A stretch of 63,481 nt of DNA, filler included, from an uncultured Synergistales bacterium (GCA_937897575.1; 7 parts of 7 records of this genome joined end to end with filler, not necessarily neighbours in it), one strand, 5' to 3'. Counted from the first letter of the whole stretch, positions 30,160 to 40,611 are shown. Notes: generated by a model not told the origin, from the letters alone. A program made the numbers and translations.

Positions 30160-31014
30160 ATGTCCGGATACACTGAAGGGATCATCACCCTCCTGTGCAT
30201 CAACGCCATAGCGGCCATGGGCGTCTCGCTCCTCACGGGCTTCACGGGCATCTTCTCCCTCGGCCACGCCGCCTACATGGCCCTCGGCGCCTACACCACG
30301 GCGATCCTCACCATCCAGCACGGCATCCACTGGTTCCCGGCCATCCTGCTGGGAGGGGGCGTCGCCGTCATCGTCGCCTATCTCATCGGTATCCCCACCC
30401 TCCGGCTCATGGGCGACTACTACTCCATCGCGTCCATCGGCCTGGGCGAGGCCATCAGGCTCATCCTGGAGAACTGGCAGTCCGTCACAAGGGGCGCCAG
30501 AGGGTACCCGGGGATCGACCCCTACACCACGCTGCCCGTGGCCCTGGGCTTCTTCCTGGTCCTGGCCCTCTGCATGTTCAACATCATCAACAGCCGCTTC
30601 GGCCGGGCCTGCAAAGCCTGCCGCGACGACTACATCGCCGCGTCCATCCTCGGCTTCAACACCGCCCGGATACGAATCTACAGCCTCGCCATCTCGGCCT
30701 TCTACTGCGGCGTCGCGGGGGCCCTCCTCGGCGGCTTCCTGTCCTTCATCCAGCCGGTGATGTTCGACATGATGAAATCCACGGAGCTCACCTCCGTGGT
30801 GGTCTTCGGCGGCCTGGGCTCCCTGAGCGGCACCATCCTCGGGACGGCCGTCATCACGCTCGTCACGGAGCTGTTCCGCCCCATCTCCCAGTACCGCATG
30901 CTCATCTACGGCGCGGTCCTCGTCGTCGTGATGGTGCTTCGTCCGGAGGGGATCATGGGGAACAGGGAGTTCATCCCGTGGATCAGGAGCCTTGTGGGGA
31001 GGAAGAAGTCATGA
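30160..31014 (+). CDS. livM: branched-chain amino acid ABC permease
   Basis: GFTGIFSLGHAA, LRLMGDY, VVFGGLGS, RPEG. Confidence 0.9.
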   Translation: MSGYTEGIITLLCINAIAAMGVSLLTGFTGIFSLGHAAYMALGAYTTAILTIQHGIHWFPAILLGGGVAVIVAYLIGIPTLRLMGDYYSIASIGLGEAIRLILENWQSVTRGARGYPGIDPYTTLPVALGFFLVLALCMFNIINSRFGRACKACRDDYIAASILGFNTARIRIYSLAISAFYCGVAGALLGGFLSFIQPVMFDMMKSTELTSVVVFGGLGSLSGTILGTAVITLVTELFRPISQYRMLIYGAVLVVVMVLRPEGIMGNREFIPWIRSLVGRKKS

Positions 31015-31784
31015 GCGCCTTCTTCGAACTTGTGCACCTCACGAAGAACTTCGGGGGCGTTCAGGCCGTATCTGATCTGAGCTTCGCCATGGAGAAGGGG
31101 GAGCTCGCCGGGCTCATGGGCCCCAACGGAGCGGGGAAGACCACCGTCTTCAACCTCATCACCGGAGTGTACGACCCCGACTCGGGGCAGGCCCTCTTCA
31201 AGGGGGAGGACCTCGGCCCCTTGAAGACCTACCAGGTGACGGCCAAGGGTGTGGCGAGGACCTTCCAGAACCTTCGCCTCTTCCAGCGGTCCACGGTCGT
31301 GGAGAACGTCATGACGGCGGCACAGCAGCACATCCCCTACGGCTTCGTCGAAGGGCTGACGCACCTGGGGCGGTGGCGGAGCGGCGAACGCGCGATCCGC
31401 GCCAAGAGCATGGAGCTCCTGGACCGCGTCGGCCTGGCGGACAGGGCGAACCAGGCGGCGGGGACCCTCCCCTACGGCCATCAGCGGCGTCTGGAGATAG
31501 CCCGCGCCCTTGCCCTCGAGCCCGAGCTTCTTCTCCTCGACGAGCCGGCGGCCGGCATGAACGCCGAGGAGGTCAACTCTCTGAACGCCCTCATCCGGAA
31601 CATCCACCAGGACTTCGGCCTCACGATCCTTGTCATCGAGCACCATATGGACCTCATCATGGAGATCTGCAAACACATCATCTGCATGAACTTCGGGGCG
31701 AAGATCGCCGAGGGAACGCCCGAGGACATCCAGGCGCACCCCGAGGTCCTCAAGGCCTACCTGGGAGAGGAGGAGACGGCATGA
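31011..31784 (+). CDS. livG: branched-chain amino acid ABC ATPase
   Basis: GPNGAGKTT, ARTFQN, LPYGHQRRLEIARAL, DEPAAG. Confidence 0.93.
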   Translation: MSAFFELVHLTKNFGGVQAVSDLSFAMEKGELAGLMGPNGAGKTTVFNLITGVYDPDSGQALFKGEDLGPLKTYQVTAKGVARTFQNLRLFQRSTVVENVMTAAQQHIPYGFVEGLTHLGRWRSGERAIRAKSMELLDRVGLADRANQAAGTLPYGHQRRLEIARALALEPELLLLDEPAAGMNAEEVNSLNALIRNIHQDFGLTILVIEHHMDLIMEICKHIICMNFGAKIAEGTPEDIQAHPEVLKAYLGEEETA

Positions 31785-32533
31785 GCGGAGTGAACGGGAC
31801 GACGGCCCCTCTTCTCGAAGTTCGTGATCTGCACGTCAGCTACGGGGCGATCAAGGCCCTCGGAGGCGTCTCGCTGCGCGTCGACCAGGGCGAGATCGTC
31901 AGCGTCATCGGCTCGAACGGGGCGGGGAAGTCCACCCTCATGAACGCCATCATGGGCACCGTCCGGCGGGAGAAGGGCGAGATCGTCCTGGCGGGGTCGG
32001 TCCTTTCATCGAAGAGCTACCAGGTGGTTCAGCAGGGCATCTCCCTGAGCCCCGAGGGGCGGAAGGTCTTCGCACCCCTCACGGTGGAGGAGAACCTGCG
32101 CATGGGGGCGTTCCCCAGAGGAAAGGACGTGAATCTGGGCGAGGACCTGGAGTGGGTTTTCTCCCTCTTTCCGAGGCTGAAGGAGCGCATCGGACAGTAT
32201 GCGGGCACCCTGTCGGGAGGGGAGCAGCAGATGCTGGCCATCGGGCGGGCGCTCATGTCGAAGCCGAAGATTCTGCTGCTGGACGAACCGTCCCTCGGCC
32301 TGGCCCCCATCATCATCAAGGACATCTTCACGGAGCTTCGGAGGATCAACGAGATGGGTGTGACGATCCTCCTCGTGGAGCAGAACGCGCGGCAGGCCCT
32401 CCTTCTGTCCCACAGGGGGTACGTCCTGCAGACGGGGCTTCTCGTCCGGGAGGGTGCCTCCAGGGACCTTCTCGACGACCCGGGCATCACGGCCGCCTAT
32501 CTCGGCGGCTCGGGTGCCAGGCAAAAGCGATGA
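31781..32533 (+). CDS. livF: branched-chain amino acid ABC ATPase
   Basis: GSNGAGKST, LSGGEQQMLAIGRAL, DEPSLGLAP. Confidence 0.93.
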   Translation: MSGVNGTTAPLLEVRDLHVSYGAIKALGGVSLRVDQGEIVSVIGSNGAGKSTLMNAIMGTVRREKGEIVLAGSVLSSKSYQVVQQGISLSPEGRKVFAPLTVEENLRMGAFPRGKDVNLGEDLEWVFSLFPRLKERIGQYAGTLSGGEQQMLAIGRALMSKPKILLLDEPSLGLAPIIIKDIFTELRRINEMGVTILLVEQNARQALLLSHRGYVLQTGLLVREGASRDLLDDPGITAAYLGGSGARQKR

Positions 32534-32597
32534 CGAAGCGGGCGAGGGGGCTCTTCCCCCTCGCTCCTTTTCATGGGGCACGAAAGGAGGGTAAGGG

Positions 32598-32975
32598 ATG
32601 AAAAGAATAGAGACGGAGCACTCCCGAAAGGGCAAGGGACACTACTCTCCGGGGATGGTGCATAACGGCGTCCTCTACGTGTCTGGCCAACTGTCCGTCG
32701 ACCCCGCGACGGGGAGGGTCCCCGAAGGCGGCGTCGGGGCCGAGACGAGGCAGGCTCTCGCCAACGTCCTGGCGGTCCTCCAGTCGGCGGGCGCCGGGAA
32801 GGAGGACGTGATCCAGTGCAGAGTCTACACGCCCGACGTGGCCAACTGGGACGTGATCAACGAGGAGTACGCCCGGTTCTTCGGGGCCCACAAGCCGGCG
32901 CGGGTCGTCGTCCCCACGACGATGCTGCACGGAGGGTGTCTCGTCGAGATCGAGGCGATCGCGGCGGTGGACTGA
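32598..32975 (+). CDS. RidA family enamine/imine deaminase
   Basis: GHYS, VSGQL, PAR, VEIEAIA. Confidence 0.9.
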   Translation: MKRIETEHSRKGKGHYSPGMVHNGVLYVSGQLSVDPATGRVPEGGVGAETRQALANVLAVLQSAGAGKEDVIQCRVYTPDVANWDVINEEYARFFGAHKPARVVVPTTMLHGGCLVEIEAIAAVD

Positions 32976-33055
32976 CCGGACTCCGCTTCGAAGGACGAGA
33001 CCGGCGGTATGAGGCGATGCGGGCGAGATTTTTCGCCCGCATTTTTCCCGGACAA

Positions 33056-33080
33056 ATACTTGACGAAAATTGTAGGGAAT
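33056..33080. promoter_or_regulatory. type-1 IscR binding site overlapping the -35 (TTGACG) of iscR
   Basis: ATACTTGACGAAAATTGTAGGGAAT matches 21 of 25 positions of the type-1 consensus as I recall it (ATASYYGACTRWWWYAGTCRRSTAT). Confidence 0.7.
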
Positions 33081-33121
33081 AGTATCCTATGGTCAGCAGA
33101 GCGGAAAAGGACGTGATACCC

Positions 33122-33589
33122 ATGAAACTGTCCACAAAGACCAGGTACGGGCTTCGCGCGCTGCTCTACATGGCGGAGCGGTACGACGACGGGACGAAGA
33201 CCGTCTCGGTGGGCGAGATCTCCAGAGAGCGGAAGTTGTCCGAGAAGTACCTGGAGCAGCTGTTCATCAAACTGAAACGACGGAACATCATCACGAGCAC
33301 CCGGGGCGCTCAGGGCGGGTACCGGCTCGTGGCCTCGCCGGAGGAGACGACGGTGGCCTCCGTCGTCGAAGCCCTCGAAGGGCCCATCTCCTTCGCCGAC
33401 TGCGTGGCCGGCAAGGGGTGCCGCGAAAAGGGCACGTGCCTGTCCCACGGGCTCTGGAAACGATTGAAGGGGAGCATCGACGAGATCCTCGAGGGGACGA
33501 CCCTCGCCGATCTGCTCGTCCACCCCGGTGGGCGGGATGGCGGGGCAGTGGAGGAACGAGTTCAAGAATTCGAGAAAGGGGCAATCTGA
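33122..33589 (+). CDS. iscR: Rrf2 family Fe-S cluster regulator IscR
   Basis: MKLSTKTRYG, YLEQLF, RGAQGGY, C-x5-C-x5-C-x2-H cluster ligands; heads iscS-iscU. Confidence 0.85.
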   Translation: MKLSTKTRYGLRALLYMAERYDDGTKTVSVGEISRERKLSEKYLEQLFIKLKRRNIITSTRGAQGGYRLVASPEETTVASVVEALEGPISFADCVAGKGCREKGTCLSHGLWKRLKGSIDEILEGTTLADLLVHPGGRDGGAVEERVQEFEKGAI

Positions 33590-33590
33590 G

Positions 33591-34790
33591 ATGTCGAGAC
33601 AGGTCTATCTTGATTACGCAGCAACAACGTACACCGCGCCCGAGGTCGTTGAGGCCATGGCGCCCTACTTCACGGAGTCCTTCGGCAACCCCTCGTCCAT
33701 ATACTCCTTCTCCGACAGGAACAGGAAGGCCATGACCAAGGCGCGGGAGCAGGTCGCCGCAGTGCTTGGCGCCTCACAGGACGAGATATTCTTCACGGGC
33801 AGCGGGACGGAATCGGACAACTGGGCGCTCAAGGGCACGGTCTGGAAGCTCGCCGCGAAGGGGAAGGACCACATCATCACGACGAAGATCGAGCACCACG
33901 CGATCCTGCACACGGGCGAGTTCCTCCAGCGGCAGGGGTACGACGTGACCTACCTTCCCGTGGACGAGGAGGGGCGGGTGCGCCTCGAGGACCTCAAAAA
34001 AGCCGTGACGGACAGGACGGCCCTCGTGTCGATCATGTTCGCCAACAACGAGATCGGGACCATCCAGCCCATCGCCGAGATCGGCGCCTTCTGCCGGGAG
34101 AGGGGAATTCTCTTTCACACCGACGCCGTCCAGGCGGTGGCCCATGTCCCAATCGACGTACAGGCCATGAACATCGATATGCTCTCCCTGTCGGCCCACA
34201 AGTTCTACGGGCCCAAGGGCATCGGCGCCATGTACCTCCGCAAGGGGACGAGGATCGAGAACTTCATCCACGGCGGCGGGCAGGAGAAAGGGCGGCGGGC
34301 CAGCACGGAGAACGTGGCGGGCATCGTGGGCCTCGGAAAGGCCATTGAACAGACGGCCTCCCGGATGGCCGAGTCGGCCCCGCGGATCACGACGTTGCGG
34401 GATATGCTCGTGGACGGCGTCATGAAGGCCGTCCCCCACGCCAAGCTGAACGGGGCGCCGTCGGGCGAGCGGCTGCCCAACAACGCGAACTTCAGCTTCG
34501 TCGGCATAGAGGGCGAGACCATGCTCCTGGACCTGGACCGGGCGGGGATATACGGCTCCACGGGGAGCGCCTGTTCCTCGGGCTCCCTCGACCCCTCCCA
34601 TGTGCTCATGGCCATCGGCCTCAGCCACGAGCAGGCGCACGGGTCCCTGCGGCTCACCCTCGGCGAGGAGACGACGGGGGAGGATATCCGCTACGTCCTC
34701 TCTGTTCTGCCGGACATTGTGGCCCAGCGAAGGGCCATGTCCCCCCTGTGGGAGGACTATCTGAAGGGTCTTCAGAAGGAAAGCAGGTGA
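33591..34790 (+). CDS. iscS: cysteine desulfurase (IscS/NifS)
   Basis: YLDYAATT, GNPSS, HTDAVQ, SAHKFYGPKG, STGSAC. Confidence 0.95.
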   Translation: MSRQVYLDYAATTYTAPEVVEAMAPYFTESFGNPSSIYSFSDRNRKAMTKAREQVAAVLGASQDEIFFTGSGTESDNWALKGTVWKLAAKGKDHIITTKIEHHAILHTGEFLQRQGYDVTYLPVDEEGRVRLEDLKKAVTDRTALVSIMFANNEIGTIQPIAEIGAFCRERGILFHTDAVQAVAHVPIDVQAMNIDMLSLSAHKFYGPKGIGAMYLRKGTRIENFIHGGGQEKGRRASTENVAGIVGLGKAIEQTASRMAESAPRITTLRDMLVDGVMKAVPHAKLNGAPSGERLPNNANFSFVGIEGETMLLDLDRAGIYGSTGSACSSGSLDPSHVLMAIGLSHEQAHGSLRLTLGEETTGEDIRYVLSVLPDIVAQRRAMSPLWEDYLKGLQKESR

Positions 34791-34795
34791 GATCG

Positions 34796-35227
34796 ATGGC
34801 ATACAGCGAAAAGGTGCTGGACCACTTCCAGAACCCCCGGAACGTGGGGGAGATCGAAAACCCCGACGGCGTCGGCCAGGCCGGGAACCCGAAGTGCGGC
34901 GACATCATGAAGATCTACCTCAGGGTGAAGGACGACCGCATCGAGGACATCAAGTTCAAGACCTTCGGCTGCGCCTCGGCCATCGCGTCGTCGAGCATGG
35001 CCACCGAGCTCGTGAAGGGAAAGACGGTGGAAGAGGCTTGGAATCTCACCAACAAGGCCGTGGCGGAGGCCCTGGACGGCCTGCCCCCGGTGAAGATGCA
35101 CTGCTCCGTCCTGGCCGAGGAGGCCATCCACGCCGCCATCAACGACTACCTGAAGCGGCAGGGGCTGCCGACGCGCGAGGAGGAGAGCCACGACGAGCTG
35201 GTGGACCATCACGTCCACCACGAATGA
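34796..35227 (+). CDS. iscU: Fe-S scaffold protein (IscU/NifU)
   Basis: NPRNVG, CGD, FGCASAIASSS, LPPVKMHCS. Confidence 0.95.
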   Translation: MAYSEKVLDHFQNPRNVGEIENPDGVGQAGNPKCGDIMKIYLRVKDDRIEDIKFKTFGCASAIASSSMATELVKGKTVEEAWNLTNKAVAEALDGLPPVKMHCSVLAEEAIHAAINDYLKRQGLPTREEESHDELVDHHVHHE

Positions 35228-35805
35228 CGGAGGGCTGCGAAAAGAGACGGTGCCCCTGGCCGGGCCGCGATCCGCTCTATGTCCGGTATCACGACGGCGA
35301 GTGGGGCGTCCCGGTCAGGGAGGATAGCACCCTCTTCGAGTTCCTGATCCTTGAGGGCGCTCAGGCGGGGCTCTCCTGGATATCCATCCTCCGCCGGCGC
35401 GAGGGGTACCGTCGCGCCTTCGCGGGCTTCGACGCCGAGCGGATGGCCCGCTTCGACGAACGACGGGTGGAGGAGCTGCTCGCGGACTGCGCCATCGTCC
35501 GGAACAGACGGAAGATCGAGGGGGCCATCACAAACGCCAGGGCTTATCTTCGCCTCCGGGAGAGCGGCCGGACGCTGTCCGGTTTTCTGTGGGATTTTGT
35601 GGACGGCGCCCCCGTGGTGAACCACTGGCGGTCCATGGCCGAGGTGCCGGCCGTAACGCCCTTGGCCGAGCGGATCAGCGCCGCCATGAAGAGGGAGGGG
35701 TTCGTCTTCTTCGGCCCCACCATCTGCTACGCCCACATGCAGGCCACGGGCATGGTGAACGACCACCTGACGGACTGCTTCCGGCACGGAGAGGTCCAGC
35801 GGTAG
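35224..35805 (+). CDS. tag: DNA-3-methyladenine glycosylase I
   Basis: RCPW, YHDGEWG, LEGAQAGLSW, QATGMVNDH..C. Confidence 0.93.
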   Translation: MTEGCEKRRCPWPGRDPLYVRYHDGEWGVPVREDSTLFEFLILEGAQAGLSWISILRRREGYRRAFAGFDAERMARFDERRVEELLADCAIVRNRRKIEGAITNARAYLRLRESGRTLSGFLWDFVDGAPVVNHWRSMAEVPAVTPLAERISAAMKREGFVFFGPTICYAHMQATGMVNDHLTDCFRHGEVQR

Positions 35806-35884
35806 AAAAACGAGCGGGAGCGGACGGGCCGTCGACCTGTCCGCTCCCTTTCTGTGCAGAGGTGCGGGTTTCGGGGCGTTGCCG

Positions 35885-36664
35885 CTAGGGCATCGTCTGC
35901 CCCTCTCCCGAACTGCGTCTCTCCGGCAGAGAGGGCTTTCGTCCCGATGAGAAGGCGAAGGACAGCACGTCCTTGGGACAGGAGTCCACGCAGGCGCCGC
36001 AGGAGATGCACTCGGGGCTCTCCATGGCGTTGCCCTGCACCATGGCGTGGACGTCGATGCTCATGGGGCAGTTCTTCGTGCAGAGCATGCAGTGGATGCA
36101 CCGCTCCCCGTCGGCGGCGAGGCGGAGCCTGGGGCTCCCGACCGCCCTCGAGGTGCACTTTCCGGCGATCATGAAGGGGGCGAGAAGGCAGCCGTACCGG
36201 CAGAAGGGCCTCCGCCCCGCGAGCAGGGAGAGGGCGACCATGCCGCCCATGGCCGTGAAGAACATGACGTAGGACGTTCTCGACCCGAGGGAGACGCCCC
36301 CCTCGATGCCGAAGAGCGGCGAGACCCGCAGGCCCCCCGCGCGGATGAAGAGCGCGGCGATGGCCATGAGCCAGAGGGTGGCGAGCCCGTACTTTATGAG
36401 GTCGGGGCGCCCGCCCTTCAGCCTCCGGTCGTTCGCCGGGAAGAGCAACTCCTGGACGGCCCCGCCGGGACAGAGCCACCCGCAGAAGACCCTGCCCAGG
36501 ACAAAGGACGCGGCCGCCGCGAGCCCGACGAAAAGAAGGCTCGACGTGACGATGCCTCTCGCCGCCCCCTGGACGGTGAGAAGGGGCGAGAGGTAGAACA
36601 TGGTGACGGGAAGCGAGAGCACGGCGACGACCATCATGGCCTTGCGGATATTCTGACGTTTCAT
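35885..36664 (-). CDS. membrane 4Fe-4S binding protein (NapH/YccM-like)
   Basis: GRVFCGWLCP, RPFCRYGC, two CxxCxxCxxxCP motifs, TM segments. Confidence 0.85.
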   Translation of the reverse strand: MKRQNIRKAMMVVAVLSLPVTMFYLSPLLTVQGAARGIVTSSLLFVGLAAAASFVLGRVFCGWLCPGGAVQELLFPANDRRLKGGRPDLIKYGLATLWLMAIAALFIRAGGLRVSPLFGIEGGVSLGSRTSYVMFFTAMGGMVALSLLAGRRPFCRYGCLLAPFMIAGKCTSRAVGSPRLRLAADGERCIHCMLCTKNCPMSIDVHAMVQGNAMESPECISCGACVDSCPKDVLSFAFSSGRKPSLPERRSSGEGQTMP

Positions 36665-36731
36665 TTTCTATCCTCCCCTCAGAGCGTGGATCTATTATAT
36701 ACCAGAGAGGGGTATGTGGCACAGGCGGGCG

Positions 36732-37547
36732 TCAGAGGAGGTCGTTCAGGCTCCCCATGCGATACCCGGCGAGGTCGACGGTGACGTAGGAGAAGCCCAT
36801 GGCCGTCAGCCGTTCGTGGATCGCCTGCGCCACCTCCGGAGCGGCCAGACGGGGGAGGTACTCTCGTTCGACCTCGATCCGGGCGATGGCGCCGTGGTGG
36901 CGGACCCGAAGCTGACACCCCGCCGGGCAGAGGGACCGAAGATAGGCCTCCGCCTCCTCCACCTGGGCGAGCGCCCGCTCCGTGATGGGGGTGCCGTAGG
37001 TGATGCGGCTCGCCAGGCAGGCGGCGGCGGGCTTGCTCCATGAGGGAAGCCCCCACGCCCGGGAGAGCGCCCGCACGTCCTCTTTCGTGAAACCGGCCTC
37101 CATCAGGGGGCTGCGCACCCCTTTCATCTCGGCGAGGGCCCGCATGCCGGGGCGGTAGTCCGTATCGTCGTCGCAGTTCGAGCCCTCGAGGAGCCAGGGG
37201 AACCCCTCGGCTTCGGCCCAGGAGGCGAGGGCGGCGAACCGGAATTTCTTGCAGTAGTAGCAGCGGTCTCCGTCATTTTGGGAGAACTTCGGATCGTCGA
37301 GCTCCGAGAGCGGGAGGATCACGTGACGGATCCCGATCTCCTCGGCGAACCGGTCGGCGTCGGATTGCTCCCATGCGGGGAGGGTAGGCGACCGGACGGT
37401 TACGGCCACGGCGTTTCTGCCCAGGGCCTTTGCCGCCGCGGCGGCCAGTAGCGTGCTGTCCACGCCCCCCGAGTAGGCCACGGCAGCCCGCTCCATTGTT
37501 CCTATCAGGGCGAGGAGGGCCTCTTCCTTTCGCTTCAGCTCTTCCAT
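36732..37547 (-). CDS. larE: LarE-like ATP-dependent sulfur transferase
   Basis: PP-loop AYSGGVDS, RCYYCK, DYRPG, ACLASR, LRVRHHG, GYRMGSLN. Confidence 0.88.
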   Translation of the reverse strand: MEELKRKEEALLALIGTMERAAVAYSGGVDSTLLAAAAAKALGRNAVAVTVRSPTLPAWEQSDADRFAEEIGIRHVILPLSELDDPKFSQNDGDRCYYCKKFRFAALASWAEAEGFPWLLEGSNCDDDTDYRPGMRALAEMKGVRSPLMEAGFTKEDVRALSRAWGLPSWSKPAAACLASRITYGTPITERALAQVEEAEAYLRSLCPAGCQLRVRHHGAIARIEVEREYLPRLAAPEVAQAIHERLTAMGFSYVTVDLAGYRMGSLNDLL

Positions 37548-37665
37548 GATGCGCTCTCCTTTCAGGCGGGGGCTCGGTCGATAGCCCATTATATACTTGT
37601 GACGGGCTGGTTTGGGTATAATGGCCACTGTCGGGGTGAACGGCTTCGGCTGGGCGTTCCGTCCC

Positions 37666-38802
37666 ATGAGAGGGGGTACGGCCTTGGAGGAGAACGGCAG
37701 AGAGAGGGCGCGATGCGGCGGGCTCGTCCCCGCGTACGGCTTCGCACCCGTCGCCCCCGATGTGGCCGTGCTGATGAGCGGGGGTGTGGACAGCACCCTT
37801 GCGGCGTGGCTTCTGAAGAACGAGGGGTTCGCGGTCGTGGGCGTCACCATGGAGCACAACGCGTCGTCCTCGCGGGAGGCCGCCGTGGCCGCCGCCCGAG
37901 GGCTCGCCATCCCTCTCTACGTGACGGACCTGAGAGCCGCGTTCGCCCGGGAGATCATCGCGCCCTTCGTGGCCGAGTACGCCGCCGGGAGGACCCCCAA
38001 CCCTTGCGCCGAGTGCAACCGCCGGATCAAGTTCGGCCTGCTCTGGGACAGGATCGAGCGAGCCTTTGGCCCCATTCCCGTTGCGACGGGACACTATGCC
38101 CGGGTCGAGCGGGACGGAGGAGCCTTCTTCCTCGCCCGGGGCCGGGACGAGGCCAAGGACCAGAGCTACTTCCTCGCCGGAATACCGAGGGAGCGGCTGC
38201 CCCGCCTGCTCCTCCCCCTCGGGGACAAAACCAAGGCCGAGGTGCGCGCCCTGGCGAAGTCCGCCGGCCTGGCGGCCGCCGAAGAGCGGGAGAGCATGGA
38301 GATCTGCTTCGCCGGCGAGGCGGACTATCGCGCACTGCTGGGAAGTGGGGCCTCGGTGCCGGGGCTCATCGTCGACGAGGCGGGGAGAACGATCGGCCGG
38401 CACAGAGGGATCGGACACTACACCGTGGGGCAGAGAAAGGGGCTCGGGATTCCGTCGGCCGGGGGGCTCTATGTCCTGAGAGTGGAGGCGCGGAACAACA
38501 GGATCGTCGTCGGACCGAGGGAGAGCACCCTTCACAGGCTGGTCCGGGCGCGGGACCTGAACGTCCTCATCCCCGAGCTGCTGGCGGAGGGAACGGAGCT
38601 CGTCGGTCGGATACGTTCGAAGTCGGGGCTCGCGCCCTGCCGCGTCGTGCGGTATGATGCAGAGAGAGAGAGAATCGAAGTCCTCTTCGACGAACCGCAG
38701 TTCGCGCCGACGCCGGGACAGCGGCTCGTCGTCCACTCGCCCGAGGGGCGCGTGGCGGCCGGAGGGATACTATTCAACGGGGAGGAAGAGCGATGGACAT
38801 AG
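37666..38802 (+). CDS. mnmA: tRNA 2-thiouridine(34) synthase (start uncertain)
   Basis: MSGGVDS, TPNPCAECNRRIKF, ATGHY, KDQSYFL, ESMEICF, YTVGQRKG, TPGQ. Confidence 0.92.
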   Translation: MRGGTALEENGRERARCGGLVPAYGFAPVAPDVAVLMSGGVDSTLAAWLLKNEGFAVVGVTMEHNASSSREAAVAAARGLAIPLYVTDLRAAFAREIIAPFVAEYAAGRTPNPCAECNRRIKFGLLWDRIERAFGPIPVATGHYARVERDGGAFFLARGRDEAKDQSYFLAGIPRERLPRLLLPLGDKTKAEVRALAKSAGLAAAEERESMEICFAGEADYRALLGSGASVPGLIVDEAGRTIGRHRGIGHYTVGQRKGLGIPSAGGLYVLRVEARNNRIVVGPRESTLHRLVRARDLNVLIPELLAEGTELVGRIRSKSGLAPCRVVRYDAERERIEVLFDEPQFAPTPGQRLVVHSPEGRVAAGGILFNGEEERWT

Positions 38803-39641
38803 GATTTACCCGCAGGCTTGCGGAGCTCTACGAGGAGGGCCGGGCGGCGGTCTTCTGCCTGGTCGTCGAGGAGGCCGGATCCACCCCCAGGAGCATGGGG
38901 TCCCCCATGCTCGTCTACCCCGACGGGCGCATCGAAGGGTCCGTGGGCGGAGGCATAACGGAGAAACACGTGATCGACCGCGCCCTCGAGCTGCTCCGGC
39001 ACGGGACGGGGTCCACCCTGTACAAGGAGACCCTCGCGGCGAGCGAGGCCGCCCTCGACGGAGCGGCCTGCGGCGGCGCCATGAGCGTGTACCTCGAGGT
39101 CGTGGGGCGGACGCGGGACCTGGTCATCTTCGGCGCCGGCCACGTGGGCCGGGCGCTGGCGCAGGCCGGGCACGCGGCGGGTTTTGCCGTCACAGTCTGG
39201 GACGACCGGGAGGAGTTCGCGAACGGGACGAACATCCCGTGGGGCAGCGTGGTGTGCTGCCCCGTGGAGGAGGCCATGGAACGCCTTCCGGAGTTCCACG
39301 GCGGGACCTACGCCGTGATCGTCACACGGGGCCACGCCCAGGACGCCGACGTGGTCAAGCTGCTGGAGGATCGCCCGGCGGCCTACATGGGCATGATCGG
39401 GTCGAGGAGGAAGATCGCCTTCGTCCGGGAGCGACTGCTGGCCCAGGGCGTCTCCGAGGCGCACATGGACCGGATCTATCAGCCCGTAGGCCTTCCCATC
39501 AAGGCGGAGACCCCCGAGGAGATCGCCGTCTCCATCGTTGCGGAGCTCATCGCCGTCGCGCGGGGCGGCGATCTGGAGTCCCTGAGGAGCGGGTTGAAGA
39601 GAGACGCCCTTGCAAAGGGGCAGGAAACGAGTATACTATAA
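38793..39641 (+). CDS. XdhC/CoxI family molybdoenzyme accessory protein
   Basis: [36 protein letters not shown]. Confidence 0.9.
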   Translation: MDIGFTRRLAELYEEGRAAVFCLVVEEAGSTPRSMGSPMLVYPDGRIEGSVGGGITEKHVIDRALELLRHGTGSTLYKETLAASEAALDGAACGGAMSVYLEVVGRTRDLVIFGAGHVGRALAQAGHAAGFAVTVWDDREEFANGTNIPWGSVVCCPVEEAMERLPEFHGGTYAVIVTRGHAQDADVVKLLEDRPAAYMGMIGSRRKIAFVRERLLAQGVSEAHMDRIYQPVGLPIKAETPEEIAVSIVAELIAVARGGDLESLRSGLKRDALAKGQETSIL

Positions 39642-39681
39642 AGGTCAACATTGGTTAGAATATGATGGGGAAGCAGGTGGG

Positions 39682-40611
39682 ATGATGGCTGTCTCGTACA
39701 AAGACTATTACGAAATCCTCGGCGTGGCGCGGACAGCGTCCCAGAACGACATCCGGAAGGCGTACCGGGCCCTTGCGAAGAAGTACCACCCCGATGTGAA
39801 CAAGAGCACGGGCTCCGAGGAGAAGTACAAGGAGATCAACGAGGCCTACGAGGTCCTCAAGGACCCTGAGAAGCGCTCGAAATACGACACCCTGGGCTCC
39901 AATTGGCAGCAGGGGCAGGACTTCACGCCGCCTCCCGGATGGGAGGGCGGCGTGCACGTGGACTTCGGCGACGGAGGGGGCGGGTTCAGCGACTTCTTCC
40001 AGTCCATCTTCGGCGGATTCGCCCAGGGCGGCCGGGGCGCCACGGTTCAGGACATCTTCAGGGGACGCCGGACGCCCGACGAGGAGATGCAGATCGAGCT
40101 CACCCTCGAGGAGCTCCTGAAGGGCGGGACGCGGACCCTGGCCTTCGACCGGACGGAGCGGGCCGCCGACGGCCGGCCGAAGAAGAGCCGGAAGACGGTG
40201 AACGTGAATCTGCCCCTGGGGCTGACCCAGGGCTCGCGCATCCGGCTGAAGGGCCAGGGCGCCGGAGGCAGTGACCTGTACCTGGTGATTCAGCTCGCGC
40301 GGCACCCTCGGTTCGAGGTAGAGGGGTACGATCTGGTGACGCCTTTGAGGGTCTCCCCCTGGGAGGCGGCCCTCGGCGCGGGGATCCCCGTTCAGACCCT
40401 GGACGGGACGGTGACCATGCGGCTGCCCGCGGGAACGCAGAACGGCAAGAGGCTCCGCCTCAAGGGGAAGGGGCTTCCCCGGCGCAAGGGTGCGCTCCCC
40501 GGAGACATCATCGTCCGAGTGGAGGTCGTCGTGCCTCCGAAGCTCTCGCCGAGGGAGCGGGAGCTCATGGAGGCCCTGTCGAAGGAGTCCTCCTTCAATC
40601 CGAGGGGGTAA
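39682..40611 (+). CDS. DnaJ-class chaperone (CbpA-like, no Zn finger)
   Basis: [12 protein letters not shown] motif, DnaJ C-terminal domain. Confidence 0.9.
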   Translation: MMAVSYKDYYEILGVARTASQNDIRKAYRALAKKYHPDVNKSTGSEEKYKEINEAYEVLKDPEKRSKYDTLGSNWQQGQDFTPPPGWEGGVHVDFGDGGGGFSDFFQSIFGGFAQGGRGATVQDIFRGRRTPDEEMQIELTLEELLKGGTRTLAFDRTERAADGRPKKSRKTVNVNLPLGLTQGSRIRLKGQGAGGSDLYLVIQLARHPRFEVEGYDLVTPLRVSPWEAALGAGIPVQTLDGTVTMRLPAGTQNGKRLRLKGKGLPRRKGALPGDIIVRVEVVVPPKLSPRERELMEALSKESSFNPRG

